Assembly: GCF_018350175.1 (NCBI RefSeq)
Contig: NC_058368.1
Coordinates: 217,498,001 to 217,562,000 of the forward strand
Source: Felis catus
Taxonomy: Eukaryota
Length of the DNA: 64,000 bases
Direction: 5' to 3'
Numbering within the stretch: the first letter of the stretch is position 1; each line of letters opens with the position of its first letter. Position numbers and translations under genes: made by a program. Below, piece after piece: positions 40,848 to 54,038 of this stretch. The notes under the pieces are model-generated. The model searched no databases and was not told where the DNA came from. It saw nothing but the letters and a program-made list of their open reading frames with translations.

Positions 40848-41196
40848 TGCTATGGTCTGACTATTTGTGTTTTCCCATAATTCAGATGTTGACATCCTAA
40901 TGCCCAAGATAATGCTGTCAGGACGTAGGGCCTTTAGGCAGTGATTAGGTCATGAAGGTGGAGCCCTAATCAAAAAGAAGAGTGCCTTTGTAAAAAGAAC
41001 AGAGATTGATCCCTCACCCCTTCCACCACATGAAGATATAGCAAAAAGATGCAAAGCAAGCTCTCTCCAGACACCAAATCTACTGACACCTTAGTCTTGA
41101 ACTTCCAACCTCCAGAACTGTAAGAAACAAATTTATGTTGTTTATAAACCACCGAGACAATAGTATTTTGTTGCAACAATCCAAAGCGACTGGACA
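40848..41196 (+). mobile_element. MaLR solo LTR (MLT1A/MST-like)
   Basis: TG...CA termini, 5-bp TSD AATCT (40843-40847, 41197-41201), and the diagnostic tcttgaacttccaacctccagaactgtaagaaacaaatt. Confidence 0.9.
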
Positions 41197-41672
41197 AATC
41201 TTTTTATTGCCTTGGCTTTCTCCATCTCACAGAGAGGGTTGTTTGATCTGGGAACCCTAGGTAATCATTCAAAAGAGAATCCATGTCCTACGAGGGGCCT
41301 GTGGGGCAACAGGTCCTTTGATTTTTCTGGTTGAGATAGGCCACATGGATGAAAAGATCATTCTCTCTCCTCTGACTTTGTCCTCTACTGACATCCATTT
41401 ACCAATCATAAAAGGTAAATAGAAATCTAGTAGCCTTTCATCTGGGTCCAGTTTTGTTTTACTGAGTCAACTCATTGCTATTCTACCCTGAGGCACAGAA
41501 TGAGAAGAGCTATCAGGGTTCCACAGGTTTTTTCTCTTCTAGATAGGGTATGATGATAAGGCTACAGCTGAAAAGGAGAGGAGGAAATAATCATTGGAAA
41601 TGGAAAAATCAAGAGGAGTCAAAGTGTTGTGTAAATCATGTAAGTGGTTGCTTCATTTAAGAATGATGAGAG

Positions 41673-41881
41673 GGGTTCTCAGGCAGTTAAGTGTCTGACT
41701 CTTGATATTGGCTCAGTTCATGATCCCACAGTTCTTGAGATTGCACACCACATCAGATTCTATGCTGAAAGTGCTGAACCTACTTGGGATTCTCTCTCCT
41801 TTCTCTGCTCCTCCTCCACTTGTGTTCATTCTCTTTCTCTCTCTCTCTCCCAAATAAGTAACTAAACAAACAAACAAAAAA
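41673..41881 (+). mobile_element. Old Can-SINE with shortened head
   Basis: TSD AAGAATGATGAGAG at 41659-41672 and 41882-41895. Confidence 0.9.
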
Positions 41882-41997
41882 AAGAATGATGAGAGTAGTG
41901 GCTAAAAATCAAAACAACAGCAACAACAACATAATAATGGAGGAGGAAGAAGGAAAGGAATGGGAGAAGAAGGAGAGGAAGAGGAAGAAGAAAAAGT

Positions 41998-42218
41998 GGG
42001 GCACCTGGGTGGCCCAGTCAGTTAAGCATCTGACCTTGGCTCAAGTCATGATCTCACCATTCCTGAGTTCAAGTCCCGTGTCGGGCTCTGTGCTGACAGC
42101 TCAGAGCCTGGAGCCTGTTTCAGATTCTGTATCTCCCTCTCTGTCTCTTCTCTCCCCCACCCATGCTCTCTTTCTCTCTCTCTCTCTCTCAAAAATAAAT
42201 ACACATGAAAAAAATTTT
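41998..42218 (+). mobile_element. Can-SINE inserted in a GA-rich low-complexity tract
   Basis: GGGGCACCTGGGTGGCCCAG head, CT tract and tail; purine-rich flanks. Confidence 0.94.
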
Positions 42219-43229
42219 AAAGAAAAAGAAGAAGGAGAGCAGGTAGGAGAAGGAGAAACTAAACCAAGTACTATACTCAGCTTCAATGAATGAGTAATAA
42301 TCATCTCACTTTTAACTGATTTCAACAAGGAGAGTTAGGCATGATAAAATCTATGGCATGTATGGGTAAAGAGGTGAGGAAGAACGGTCTAGCAGTGACA
42401 AGCAAGGAGACAATTCATTCTAACTCTAGGTCCTATGGTACATGGACTATGGGAGTAATATCTCTCATGTGAGAAATATGAAACAGAAAAGAATCTTCAG
42501 ACAATAGCCATCTTTGAGTTAGAGCTGGGAATCCAAAGGAATGTCCAAAGAAAAGGCTCAGGACACAATTTTCTGATGTTAAAACAGATTCACCAGTGGG
42601 TATAACTGGTCTGAGGGAATTTTGATGAGATGTGGGGAGATCTCAAAGCACATTTGACAAGAATCGTGGGGAAATGACAGGGAAACTTCAACTTAGAGAG
42701 GACATGATGTAAGGAGGAACGTGAGCAGTGACCGGACTAATATTGACAGCGTGTTAGGCTAAAAGAGGGAATAATTCATAAATTTTGCTCCATCCTGATT
42801 ACAGTTTAATCTCTAGATTATAGAAGCATATTCTTGGTTACAAGGTCTTGTGGGGGTTAGTTTTAACAGTGGCAGGCAACAGTGTTCTACAAAGATTTGA
42901 GCTGGGAAGAGGTGAGCAGTTCTCAGCTGTTGGTTTTAAATTCTAGGGTGGTCTTAGGAGTGGTGTCATAGCCCTGGACACTTCTCACAGTTGTCCCAGT
43001 TCAATACCATGACTTCATGGTGCTCTCTGAACACTGAAGGGCCAATTGTGTGCTCAACAACTCACTTTAGCATAAAATTCATTTTATTCATTATTTCATC
43101 TTGTTGTTTTCCATTTCAGTGCAAGATAAACTAGCATTATGACTACTTGACTTTTCAATATTTCTTTCTCAACAGTCTAAAATTACTAAAATTCAAAAGG
43201 AAAATATTTGGAGTTGTCTACGTGGCAGG

Positions 43230-44022
43230 ATAAATAGGTTCCAGTACCAATTCTAATGTGGAGGCAGGGAGGTTCACCACACCAACATGTAATTCTTGGG
43301 ACACCAGTTGGTTGTCTTATAATTTAACTTAATTATGACACTATCTATCTGAAAGTTTCATCATATTCCACAGGTTAAGGGTTCAGTTCCACAAGATTGC
43401 CTCCTTCCTCCCCCATTCCTTTCAGATGCAAGTAACAAATTCAGGCTCTAACCTTTATTTCTGACCAAGCCGCTTCCTCTTGTTCAGAAATAAGGCCCCA
43501 CCTTAGGTTCAAGGGCTCAGGGAACTGAGACTAACATTTTACTTACTAGATCACCAGTTTTTTATAAAAGGATATAACTCAAGAAGAGACAGATGGAAGA
43601 GATACAGAAGGCATGGAACCCATGACCCATCCCAATGTGCCACTCTCCCAAATCTCTAGGTGTTCCCTAACCCAGAAGCTCTCTGAACCCTGCCTGTGCT
43701 TTTGGGTTTTATGGAGACTTCTTTACATAGGGAGGACTGATAAAGTCATTGCTCACTGGCGATTGATTCAACCTCTACCCCACCCCTCTCCCAAGAAATC
43801 AAGGGTGTAGGACTAAAAGTTCTAACCTTCTAATCACATGGTTGGCTCTCCTGGCAACCAGCCCCCATCCTTTTTGGTGTTAGAAAAGTCATCTAATTAA
43901 CATAACAAAAGACAACTTTATGCTCTCATCACTTTGGAAATTTCAAAGGTTTTAGGAGCTCTGCGCCAGAAATATGGATGAAGACTAAATATTTATGTTT
44001 TATAATGAATCACAATATCACA
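43230..44022 (-). mobile_element. MER21-like ERV solo LTR (left boundary approximate)
   Basis: gacaccagttggttgtc...tgacactatcta...ccacaggttaagggttcagttccacaag and terminal cacaatatcaca resemble the recalled MER21 family. Confidence 0.7.
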
Positions 44023-44167
44023 AGGATAAAGAGTTGCTTTGAACAGCATTAAATAGGTGGAGCCCTTGAGTATGGAGATGCATTACATTCAAATAAAAAG
44101 AAAATAAAAAAATTCAAAGACATGTTTTCTTTTTTGTTTTGTTTGTTTTGTTTTCATATGGGACATT

Positions 44168-44654
44168 TGTTGCTGGTTGAAATGGGGAGAACCTGGGCCC
44201 TGAGGCCTTAACCCAGCCATCCCTAGGATGTCACCAGAGACTCTTGCTCTTGTCAGGAGAAAGAATTCAAGGACAGACACAACATGGGGGAGAGTGACAA
44301 GGGCGGGAAAGTTTATTAAAGCAAAAGTACACTTTCTAGATGTGAAAGTACGTGAGCTTGAGAGAGAGACAGAGAGACAGAGAGAGAGCTGCATCCCAGG
44401 GATTCAGGTTTGTATCTTTTATCCACAGTTATTAACAAAGGGTGGAATCTGCCTTACTTGAGGCTGGGATTCCTTGGAAGGAGGTTTCCATACTTTTTAT
44501 TCCTTATTTGGTTAGGGGTTTCCTGTTTCCTGTCATGGCATCTTGGGCCTGTCTGGTTTCATCCAGCCTCTTGTGGTCCTGTTTTGGACTGATGCCAGGA
44601 CAGACCTTGGACTTTCCCTGATAGCTGGCCATGCCTTGCTCTTTGCTAGCCTCA
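44168..44654 (-). mobile_element. Putative carnivore ERV solo LTR
   Basis: GC-richer block of about 490 bp with TG...CA ends and a minus-strand AATAAA (tttatt near 44312); TSD not clear. Confidence 0.6.
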
Positions 44655-46559
44655 TTAATTGGCTCTTCTGACACATTTACAGTACCAAACGATTAAGAAA
44701 AGTTAGCTTATGCTAAAATAATCTTGGAAAGAATAATTCAAATAATATTTTACATTTACTGTTAATGATTTTGATGTGTGAGTATATCAGAAGGGAAAAT
44801 ATACTCCTACTATAAATAATAAGAATGAATAATATTTTTGTGCAAACCTGTTGCTAAATATTCATAAATATTATTTTAAGAATTAAAATGTTTTATTTAA
44901 TATAGATTTCTACTTCTACATGAAAATTTACAAGTAGCTATACATACGATACAAAATAATTTTCCAAAATTCCATGGTTTAGGCCCTCTGTTTTCAAATG
45001 CTTCGTAATCATTATGAAAAAGAAGAAACGAGCAGGGGATTCCTGATAGCACAACCAGAACCATTTTTTTAATGTGGTGAAAATGCTCCCCCTCCCCCAC
45101 TTTCTCTAGAAGTAGTAAAAATAACTTCAAATCAGGTAACAATAGAATGCTTGTTGGATTGTAGTTTCAGACAAAACAGGTTTTTTCTTACAGTTGGGTT
45201 TGAAATGAAATCTATTCAACTTTAAGGATTTAAAGCTTGTATTTGTGAATATTTATGTTAAACTATGATAAAATATTTTGTTTGGTTCTTTTTCCCACTT
45301 TACATATACTACTTTATCTCAGAATTAACAGAGACTTCTATAATATACACTTTATTTACAGTAACAAGTAGACCTGGAAGAAATGAATATAAAAGAGTGT
45401 GTGAATTTTATATTAAATATCTTTGCCTCAAGAAAACACTTTTAGCCTCCATGAAGAATTCACTAAGCTGTTCTTAACCACTTGGATCCATCTAGCCCTG
45501 GATAATATGCATAAAGCTTTATTTCTGTTTTCTGTTCTTTCATTTGTAGATGAGCAAAATGAAGTCCGTTTTTTTTTTTTTTGTCCATTTCCTACACTTG
45601 AAATTCACAATTATTTAAAAACCTTGTACTCCAAGTTCAATTACCATATATTAGTAGTGCCATGTTTTATTTTGGGATATGTAAAACTGTATTTTCTAAG
45701 TATTTGTTTTCCCTTTTAAGAAATGAACTTCCATAGTGCACATGCCAAAAATAGGCGGCTCTATAATCTATACTTTATAGATAAATGTCACTGTTGGGGT
45801 GGGAGGTGGCAATTTTATTTTTATTTTCTATTGTCAGTTTTCCTTTGAAGCATCAAATAGGATATTGATATTTTTTGGCACTTAAGCTATTTACTTATTG
45901 TGACTTAACGAGCCGTTATAAAGTGAGCCATATTCCCACCGTGCATTTCATACAACTATTACTAGAACTTCTTTTCAGAAGGATTTATCTACTAATCAAT
46001 ATCCTTCTTATTGTGCCATTTCCAGAAGTACTAAAGAGACTTCTCTTCTGAAACAGGGTTTGACTCTCTCATGTTTTACTCTCTCTAATAATGTACGGTG
46101 TATAACAGTGAATCTAACAGGTGGACCATGTAAGTTCTTGTGATGTGTCTATGGTCACAATTAATTTTGACATTTCTGGACAAGGTGAGCCTCCCCCCCC
46201 CCCATTGCATTATCAAATAAAAAGCAGGGTTGCAGAAATTTGAAATTGTATTTGAAATCATTCCCTTGCTTAAAAAGAACACATTAGGACGTCAGTTATT
46301 AGATGTTTTTAAATCACTGTTTTTGAAAGGTTATTTTAGTTTATAAACTCAGTGACAGATAACAATTCATGATCAATGATAAATGCGATCTGGATTCTTT
46401 CTCTTCATTTTCGTAAACTTGAAATTGTGGTACTGAACTGAAATAGGTAGTCGTGAATTCTGCAGGGACTGTAGCCAAAATTTCTTTTGAGCAGAAGCAT
46501 TCTCCATGAGATACATGTTTTCCACAGATGATTTACAGGTTACAGACACGCTGTGACCT

Positions 46560-46930
46560 CTCTCCAAATTGCAAACAGATTAAGCAGGGCTGATTAACCG
46601 AGACTAAAAACACTGGGTTATTTTCTCCGGTGGGGGTCTTTGACAAAGCCCTCCTCTCTGAACCCTCCGACTTCATTCGCTTGCAAATCGCTGTGCCTGA
46701 ACAGGTCTTCCTCCCCCAGCCCCAACCCTTGAGCCCTGCAGCGCCATCAGCGGCAATATCTTCCTACGTGAGGGACGTCTCTTATTAATCAGAAACGCTG
46801 AATGGAAACCAATCAGACAGAGAGTTTCTTTGGCTTCAGCTTCCTGCCTGTCTGAGTTAAAAGTGATGCTCGGAGAGGGAGGCACACTGAGATGCATGAA
46901 GCTTCAGCTGTGAAGATACTATAAAAAGAG
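46560..46930 (+). promoter_or_regulatory. Core/proximal promoter
   Basis: Repeat-free, with local GC/CpG enrichment against the AT-rich background. CCAAT at 46809-46813, E-box CAGCTG at 46906-46911, TATAAAA at 46920-46926, TACGTG at 46765-46770, and several GATTA/TAATC homeobox-type motifs. Confidence 0.65.
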
Positions 46931-47009
46931 AAGAGTAGGAACGAGACAGAAGCAACACCGGGATTGTCAGTGCTGAGCAGGGCTAAACTCAGTTCCGCTA
47001 CTAACCAAG
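46885..47009 (+). other. CDH9: Non-coding first exon (5'UTR), probably of cadherin 9; start position approximate
   Basis: Ends in a canonical donor CCAAG|GTAAAT (GT at 47010-47011) and sits within a promoter-like region. The sequence GAAGCTTCAGCTGTGAAGATACTATAAAAAGAGAAGAG...GAGACAGAAGCAACA...TGTCAGTGC...GGGCTAAACTCAGTTCC resembles my recollection of the human CDH9 mRNA 5' end. No coding exon is recognisable in the following 17 kb, consistent with a long first intron. Gene identity is from memory, not a search. Confidence 0.65.
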
Positions 47010-50000
47010 GTAAATGCTATTTACTTTACCTGACTATACAATCTATTCAGTTTTTGCTTTCTTATACTGAAGTAGTACAAACACTGCTTTTCTCCTAGTT
47101 GCTTTATTTTGCACTCTCTCTCTCTCCTTCCCTCAACATTTGTTGGGAAGCAGGTAAGAATTTATTTTGTAGTATTTGAATAAGATATTAAGATGCTCAG
47201 TGAAAAAAACTAGCAATGCTTGCTTCATATTTTACTTTTACAAAACAGATACCTATCTAAGCTCTTTTCATCGTGCTAAAATTTGCACATGGAGCATTAT
47301 TATAAAAATAAAACTAAACTTCACATTGCGTTTGTTGATTTGGAGGGGTGTTGAATTATTCACATTAATGTGTTTATGTATGCTATTATTATATTAATTT
47401 GAAATGGTCTCCTGGCTTTCTCATAACTTTTGGTTCCAAAATTTGAGTCAGAACTGTCAAAAATAAAGGCATATTTATTCATCATTGAATAAATAATTTC
47501 TTTAGTTTTAATATTAAAATAATATATAAATAGTACAAATAACACATGTAGAGACAGACAGACATAGGCTGTCAGGATTAAGGTGATCACTATACCTCGC
47601 AAAGAAGATTTCTCCACATATTTATGGCTCTCACTCAAGTCAACATTCTGAATGTGCACCTCTGTTGGCTATAATTGCTCTCCATTATCACAGGCAAATG
47701 TATCTTAATAGAGTAAAGACTGGATGAAAATCACAGAAGGGAGAGCATCAAAGGCAAAATTGGCATGTTTTTTTGAAATGGTATGGAAAATGCAATGATT
47801 TGATGAAGCATTGTTTTATTTTTCTTTGCATACTCAAGATAACCATTCACATCAATTAAATTCTTAAGCACATTAATTTCAAAAAAAGCATGATGAATTT
47901 CAACTACAAGGTTGTCAGCATTCTATAGTATTGACACTTAGATACTGGTAACAGTGTGTGTTCTCAGAATCTAATTTGAAAACCAAAGGTGCACTAAAAG
48001 AAAGGTGATCACCTGTAGTAAGTAGCTAAGTTCACATTTATTTGTATGATCAACTTTTGATGAGAATGTAGTGGACTATAGATCTGAGGAGAAATTGGAG
48101 GTCTTTTCTGAAGATCTGTTGTCATTTAATATTTTATGTTATAGATCTACGAGATTACTAATAATAAAGATATTTTTCCACAAGGTTTTCCAAATCTATG
48201 TAGCACAAAAAAATGAATGATTTCATGACAGGAAAAAGTGGTAACTTTTGCGTGGCAGGAAGAAATCTTCATTTGGCTCTTTATCTATGGAATAAGAAGA
48301 GTTACCCATCTTCAGCCATAGCTGACTAAAAATGAATTTGATCATTCAGTGCTCTTAACTGGAAAAGAAATGTGTTTAAAATCTACTGCATTCAGTGGAG
48401 AATAAATCCTATTTTCATTGCCTGCTTCATTGCCTAGGCAATGCTATGTCACATGTAGAACACATTTGTGTAACCATGAATCTGGCTAATCCAGGTTTGA
48501 ACAGTAGATCTTTTAAAAGATAAAGAAAATGAAATAGGACGTTGTTTCAGCACATAGTAGCAAAGAACTTAGACATAACAGGAGCAGCATGCATTTGTGG
48601 TCTTGGCATCAAACACAGGAATTCAACCGAAGTTTTCACAAAGAAAGAGTACGAAATAACTATATGCCCTTAACAGATGTATCCTGAGATGTTGAAATAC
48701 TGTCAACTTTGTAGTTGCTTGTTTTGAAAAATGAGAAAATGTAAGGTAAAGTGCATGGTACAAGCAAATCTAATTCTGAGAATAATGAATAGAAAAATGC
48801 TTCAGGGGAAGCAGATAGTAGTATCAATTTGAAAGTAATTCTCTAACTTTAAGTCAGATAGATTTGGTAAGACTAACAAGACAAGTCATCTAAGATAACA
48901 TTATTTTCTGGGATGAAAAAATATGTCTTTCCCTTTATTACATTAGCTGATAGCTTTTAAGATAATTTTGAAATGGTCTTGCATAATTACTCACCAATGT
49001 TGTTTCATCGCATATTTGAAGTAAAAATGTATTGTACCATTGCCTATACGTAGCAAGATCACAATATCAAAGTTGGCTTTGAAATGATCTTTTTAAATCT
49101 TGTGTTGTTTGACTTGATACATTTCATGTTGGATCAGAAGCTCTTCTGAATGTCACCTTCCATGAAGAGATTTCATTTGGTATTTTCCTACAACCCCTGT
49201 ATATACAAAGTTTAGTCTCTGAAGTGTCCTTTCTATGGTGCATTCACCAACTGGGATTTAAAAAACAATAACCGGAAAAATTTCTTCCACTGGCTTACCA
49301 CTCTTTAGACATAGTGATTTGAAGTAGATACGCCTTTTCTATAATATTTGCACAATGTATAGGTGGAGTTAATCAGAATGCTTTGGACAATGCTTCAAAT
49401 TGTTTAACATAAAATATATGAGTAATATGGCAATATATTGTATGCAGGAAAGTATAAATTTAGATGAAAGTTAATTTAAAGAATACATGTGAATATGTCA
49501 TGAATAAACATTGGCTGTAATTTGTTCTCTATGAAAGTGAACAGTCTAAATGAATAATTACTTAGCATTAATACAGATGCTTCAATGTAATGGATCATTA
49601 GATTGCTATATACTTTAAGACTAATTTTGTTCTCTCAAATGAAAATTTAAATCTAAAGTATAAATAAATCTAACATTCGAAAAAACAGTGTGATAACTTA
49701 CAAAACGTCCAATGTGATATTTTAAATATTTATACATTTAAAGTACATATTTATACTTATGACTTCGATATCAATACTTTCGATATTATAAAGTTATAAA
49801 TATAATTTATATTACCATATTATAATATAAATATTAAATCAATAGTAATATTAACTGTAGAGTAAGTTTGTTCTATTGTCAAAACTAGACAAAAGTCTAG
49901 TTAAGTTCTTTGGTATTTTACTGCTTAAATTATCTACTTAATTAAAATTAAGTTTTCTTAAGAAAGACGACAGCATGTGAAATAGAACCAAAACCGCATT

Positions 50001-50827
50001 GGTTTTAACTAGCTTTTTCTTTACCTGATGCTAATTTGTAATAATTTTTCATTGTAGATCACCTTTTCTAAGGTAACATAATTTTGTTCATTGTATCTTG
50101 CATATTTGTTTTAAAAAATGAGTTGTGTCTTAAAATATATCCCCCCAAAGTCTCTTAATACCCATGATACTATCCTATTTAGGTGTTTAAATAAAACTAG
50201 AACTTTAGAAAAGGGATTTTAACCACCTTCAACTCTGATATTACATGAGAAAATGGAGGTTTAAAAAGATAAGATTATGTATCCAATGTTGTCAAATTGT
50301 ATATTAATATTGGCAACATTATGTGAAAATAAATAATGTTGAGTCATGAAAATCATTTGGTATACACACACACATACACACAGTGTTTAGTTGACAACAG
50401 TATCTCCTGGATTGCTTTAAACATTCTGAAAAAGTTTTTTTTTTTCTCTTATGAGTCACTTCAAATCCTCTGCCTGGAACCACCATTATCTTTATCATTA
50501 AAATATGGTAGGAAATGCACAGTGAGGTGAGTGTCTTTATAGCACTTTTATACATTTCCATAGCAGTCCTAATATGTTAATGCTCTTATCCCTAAATTTA
50601 GCACTAGTAAGAGATGGTCTTACAGCCACATTAAGAATGCAAAGTGCCTGAATAAAAGCATGATCTCTGGAGCCTAAGCAAGACATTTTATATTAGCACT
50701 ACCAAGAAACATCTCCCCAAACATAAAAGTCATGATAATGGATCTTACTGCTTAGGAAGGGAAAATGGTAACCTCATAAGGTATTGTTTTTGTTGCTGTG
50801 AGGTGTGTGTGCATGCATGAGTGTGTA

Positions 50828-50886
50828 GGAGAGAAAGAGACAGGGAGAGAGAGACACAGAGAGAGAGAGACAGAGACAGAGAGGGA

Positions 50887-50933
<47 letters not shown>
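50828..50933 (+). repeat. Compound (GA)-rich and (CA)n microsatellite
   Basis: Direct observation. Confidence 0.95.
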
Positions 50934-50936
<3 letters not shown>

Positions 50937-53759
50937 GAGGGAAAGAGATTTATTTTCAAGAGGAAAGGTGGGGAAAAGGAGAACACCTAAATATTTTCTG
51001 AAAGTGACAGTTTTTCTTTTCTTTTTTTCCTTTTCTGTGCTTTTGCATTACTTTGCCAAATTATAAATCAATTGCAGGAGAAATGAGTGCTCTTGTATTA
51101 TTTTTCTCTTCAAGAGCAAGATAAGTCTTGGTCTTTCTAATTAATCAATGAAACACCAGAGTGTATGATTATTTCGTAAGTATGAATTAAAAAGCTTGCC
51201 TTTCATATCACTTCTTGAGATTAGCTTTATAGTTGTGAAGAGCATGGATGACTTCATTAATTTTTTTACTCTCAACACTTATTCATCTTCTAATGGAAAT
51301 AGCAGTGGCTAATAGTTTTTATTTGATTTTTGAGTTTAAAGTTGAATGTGTTCCTAAATGTATTTAAGAAATAGATATACCTGACAGAATTTATATTAGA
51401 ATATGCTAAGCTTACTATACTTTGTTTATTATTAATTAAGTATCCAATGCATAAAGAACTTCTTCCCCATTTTACTGAAACCCAATTTCAGGAAAGTCAT
51501 AGTAATCTAGAAATAATATTCATGGGAAGCCAGTATAACAAGGGAGATACAACATGTATAACAATATGTAGTCTAACAAATAAACACCAATAACCACTTC
51601 CTGTGACAAAAGACATGTGAAATATTCTGCTTTTCTAAAACTGGGACATCGAACCTGAAAGTTTTCAAGGGGAGTTTTCCCCCAGATAATCAAGTAACTT
51701 TCTCACCATCTATTTTTTTTCCACTAAAGTAGGTTACTGCAATAATTTAATGTAATTGCCAGAAATATTTTTTAAATATTCACTTCTATGTGTTATCAAT
51801 GCTTTAAAATGCAAAGAATATACCATAAATTCAAGAAATTCAAATCTTTTTCTCTGTAGTGGTAATTAAATCACAGATGAAACATCCGAGAAAACTCACA
51901 GGTCAAATTACAAAGTAACCTATATATCTGTACCTTTCTGTCTTAAATATACATACCTGCATCTATATCTGTGTTCCCATTCATAATTCTGTATACTTGT
52001 ATCTGTAGGTATCTCTGTGTGTATGTGTGTTTATGTGTGTGTGTAGACTCAAAAAATATATGGAAAACACAATTATATCGATGTATACATCAATTGTAGT
52101 TCTAAATTGTTAAAATGGTATAACATTCATTATACACTAAAAAGCTCTTTTGTCAGGTGATTATAGATGTTATATTATGAATAAATAATGACATAGCAAT
52201 ACTATATATTTTTTTAATTTTGGAAAAAATAAACTCAATTATAGTCCATGTGTTATGGCTGATCTGGATAAGTTTTTGAATAGGGGGAATTAGACTTTCA
52301 CTTTTTAAAACCCTAACCAGAAATAATTTTTCTCCACTGAATGACCGCAACTCTTGAAAACGTCATAAAAATATAATCTCTTTACCCACTCCTACCATGT
52401 GAGGTAAAGTATCATGTAAAGTAGGAATTATAATGCTATCTCAAATCATATTGATAAAAATTAGATTATTATTACTATCAGAAAATAAAATCCTTATTAT
52501 TTTTCATTTGCTATGTATAATACAAAGAAAGCACAGTTACATGGTAGAATTTTAAAGTTATTTACTTAGTCATTTTCCCTAGCTGAGGATTAGATCAAGG
52601 CATTTTATACTTATATTACTGGGTAAATTATTTGCTTAACTGAAAAATTGTTTTATATTAAAAATGTAATACTAAGATTAAATATCATTTCCTTATATCT
52701 AATAAGATAAACACAATACTTAATACAACAAGGATAAATATTTGTATTATTACCATTCCTTCTAGATTAATGTTATAACCTATTAGTACATTATAAATCA
52801 ACTATGTGTGCATGTACTGAGCAGGAATTAGATTAACTATTAAAAGAAAGATAATATTTTTCCTTCTCCCCCAGATCTTGCCAGTTTATCTAGATGATGT
52901 GATATTTTATAGGTAGATTTAATTCTGTTATATTTAACATAAAGTTTAGATTTGTATTTCTGACAGTACTTACTCTTCGAAAGATGAAACAATTGATGTA
53001 CTATTACAATAATATGTATGATTATGTATGCAAATCATATTTGTCTGATTTTTATGCTTAGCTTAGAATTGAGACCTCTGATACAATCATTAACAACGAA
53101 GAATGTTATTGTCATACCTGCAATAAATATATTTTTCTTTATGATAAAATTAACTTTGGTCACTTTAAAATAGGTAGTTCTATTAAAATACAGTGAATAT
53201 CAATAATAAACATCCTTTTTAATATTGCCATATTATTTTACACATTAAAATGAAGAGTTTTTATCAGCACTGTATCTATATGTTTATCTCTCTATACCGA
53301 AACAGATATAAAGATATGTATGATGTGTCTCAACTTCACTACTTTGGACTTGAAACCCATGTAAAATTTCATTTTCAATGGCTGAATATGGAATGCTACT
53401 TAAAATAAGAAATGTCCAACTTTGGAATTTTTTTGTGATTTCAGACAAATAAGAAGACAATTGTTCTGATATTATTTAAAAAATAAGTATATATCAGGAA
53501 GCTACTTGATATGATATAATAACTTATACCCAAAGATGAATATTGAAACTGATGGAGACCACATGATAGAAAGGAGACTAGGAAGTGGTGGGGTTTCATG
53601 CCATGCTCAAGAGAAGAGTCACACAATTTGAATTTTCTAATGAGGCCATCGCGGATGTCTGACATCTTCCCAGACCTATGCTGTTTTTAGGCTTGCTGCT
53701 AAACAAATGAAGCACTGCCTTTGGTATCACTGCAACCCTTATTTAAACATGAGCATGGA

Positions 53760-53952
53760 AGGGTGCTGGGTACCTCAGCTGGTTAAACCTCCGACTTCAG
53801 CTCAGGTCACCATCTGACACTTCGTGGGTTCGAGCCCCACGTCGGGCTCTGTGCTGACAGCTCAGAGTCTGGAGCCTGCTGCGGATTCTGTGTCTCCCTC
53901 TCTTTCTGCCCCTTCCCAGCTCATGCTTTCTCTCTCTCTCTCTCTCTCTCTG

Positions 53953-53984
<32 letters not shown>

Positions 53985-54038
53985 AAAAATAAATAAACAT
54001 TTTTAAAAAAATAAATAAAATAAATAAAATAAATAAAA
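53760..54038 (+). mobile_element. Can-SINE with expanded CT tract and patterned tail
   Basis: 16-bp TSD TAAACATGAGCATGGA at 53744-53759 and 54039-54054. Confidence 0.96.

Noticed and set aside
41886..42293. 135-aa ORF with a basic, NLS-like stretch
   Set aside because: It is a GA-rich low-complexity tract fused to a SINE.
49883..49902. Hairpin AACTAGAC-AAAA-GTCTAGTT
   Set aside because: An 8-bp stem is expected by chance in 64 kb of AT-rich DNA, and there is no supporting context.
50745..51066. VC/TH dipeptide-repeat ORFs
   Set aside because: They are translations of the (CA)/(GA) microsatellite.
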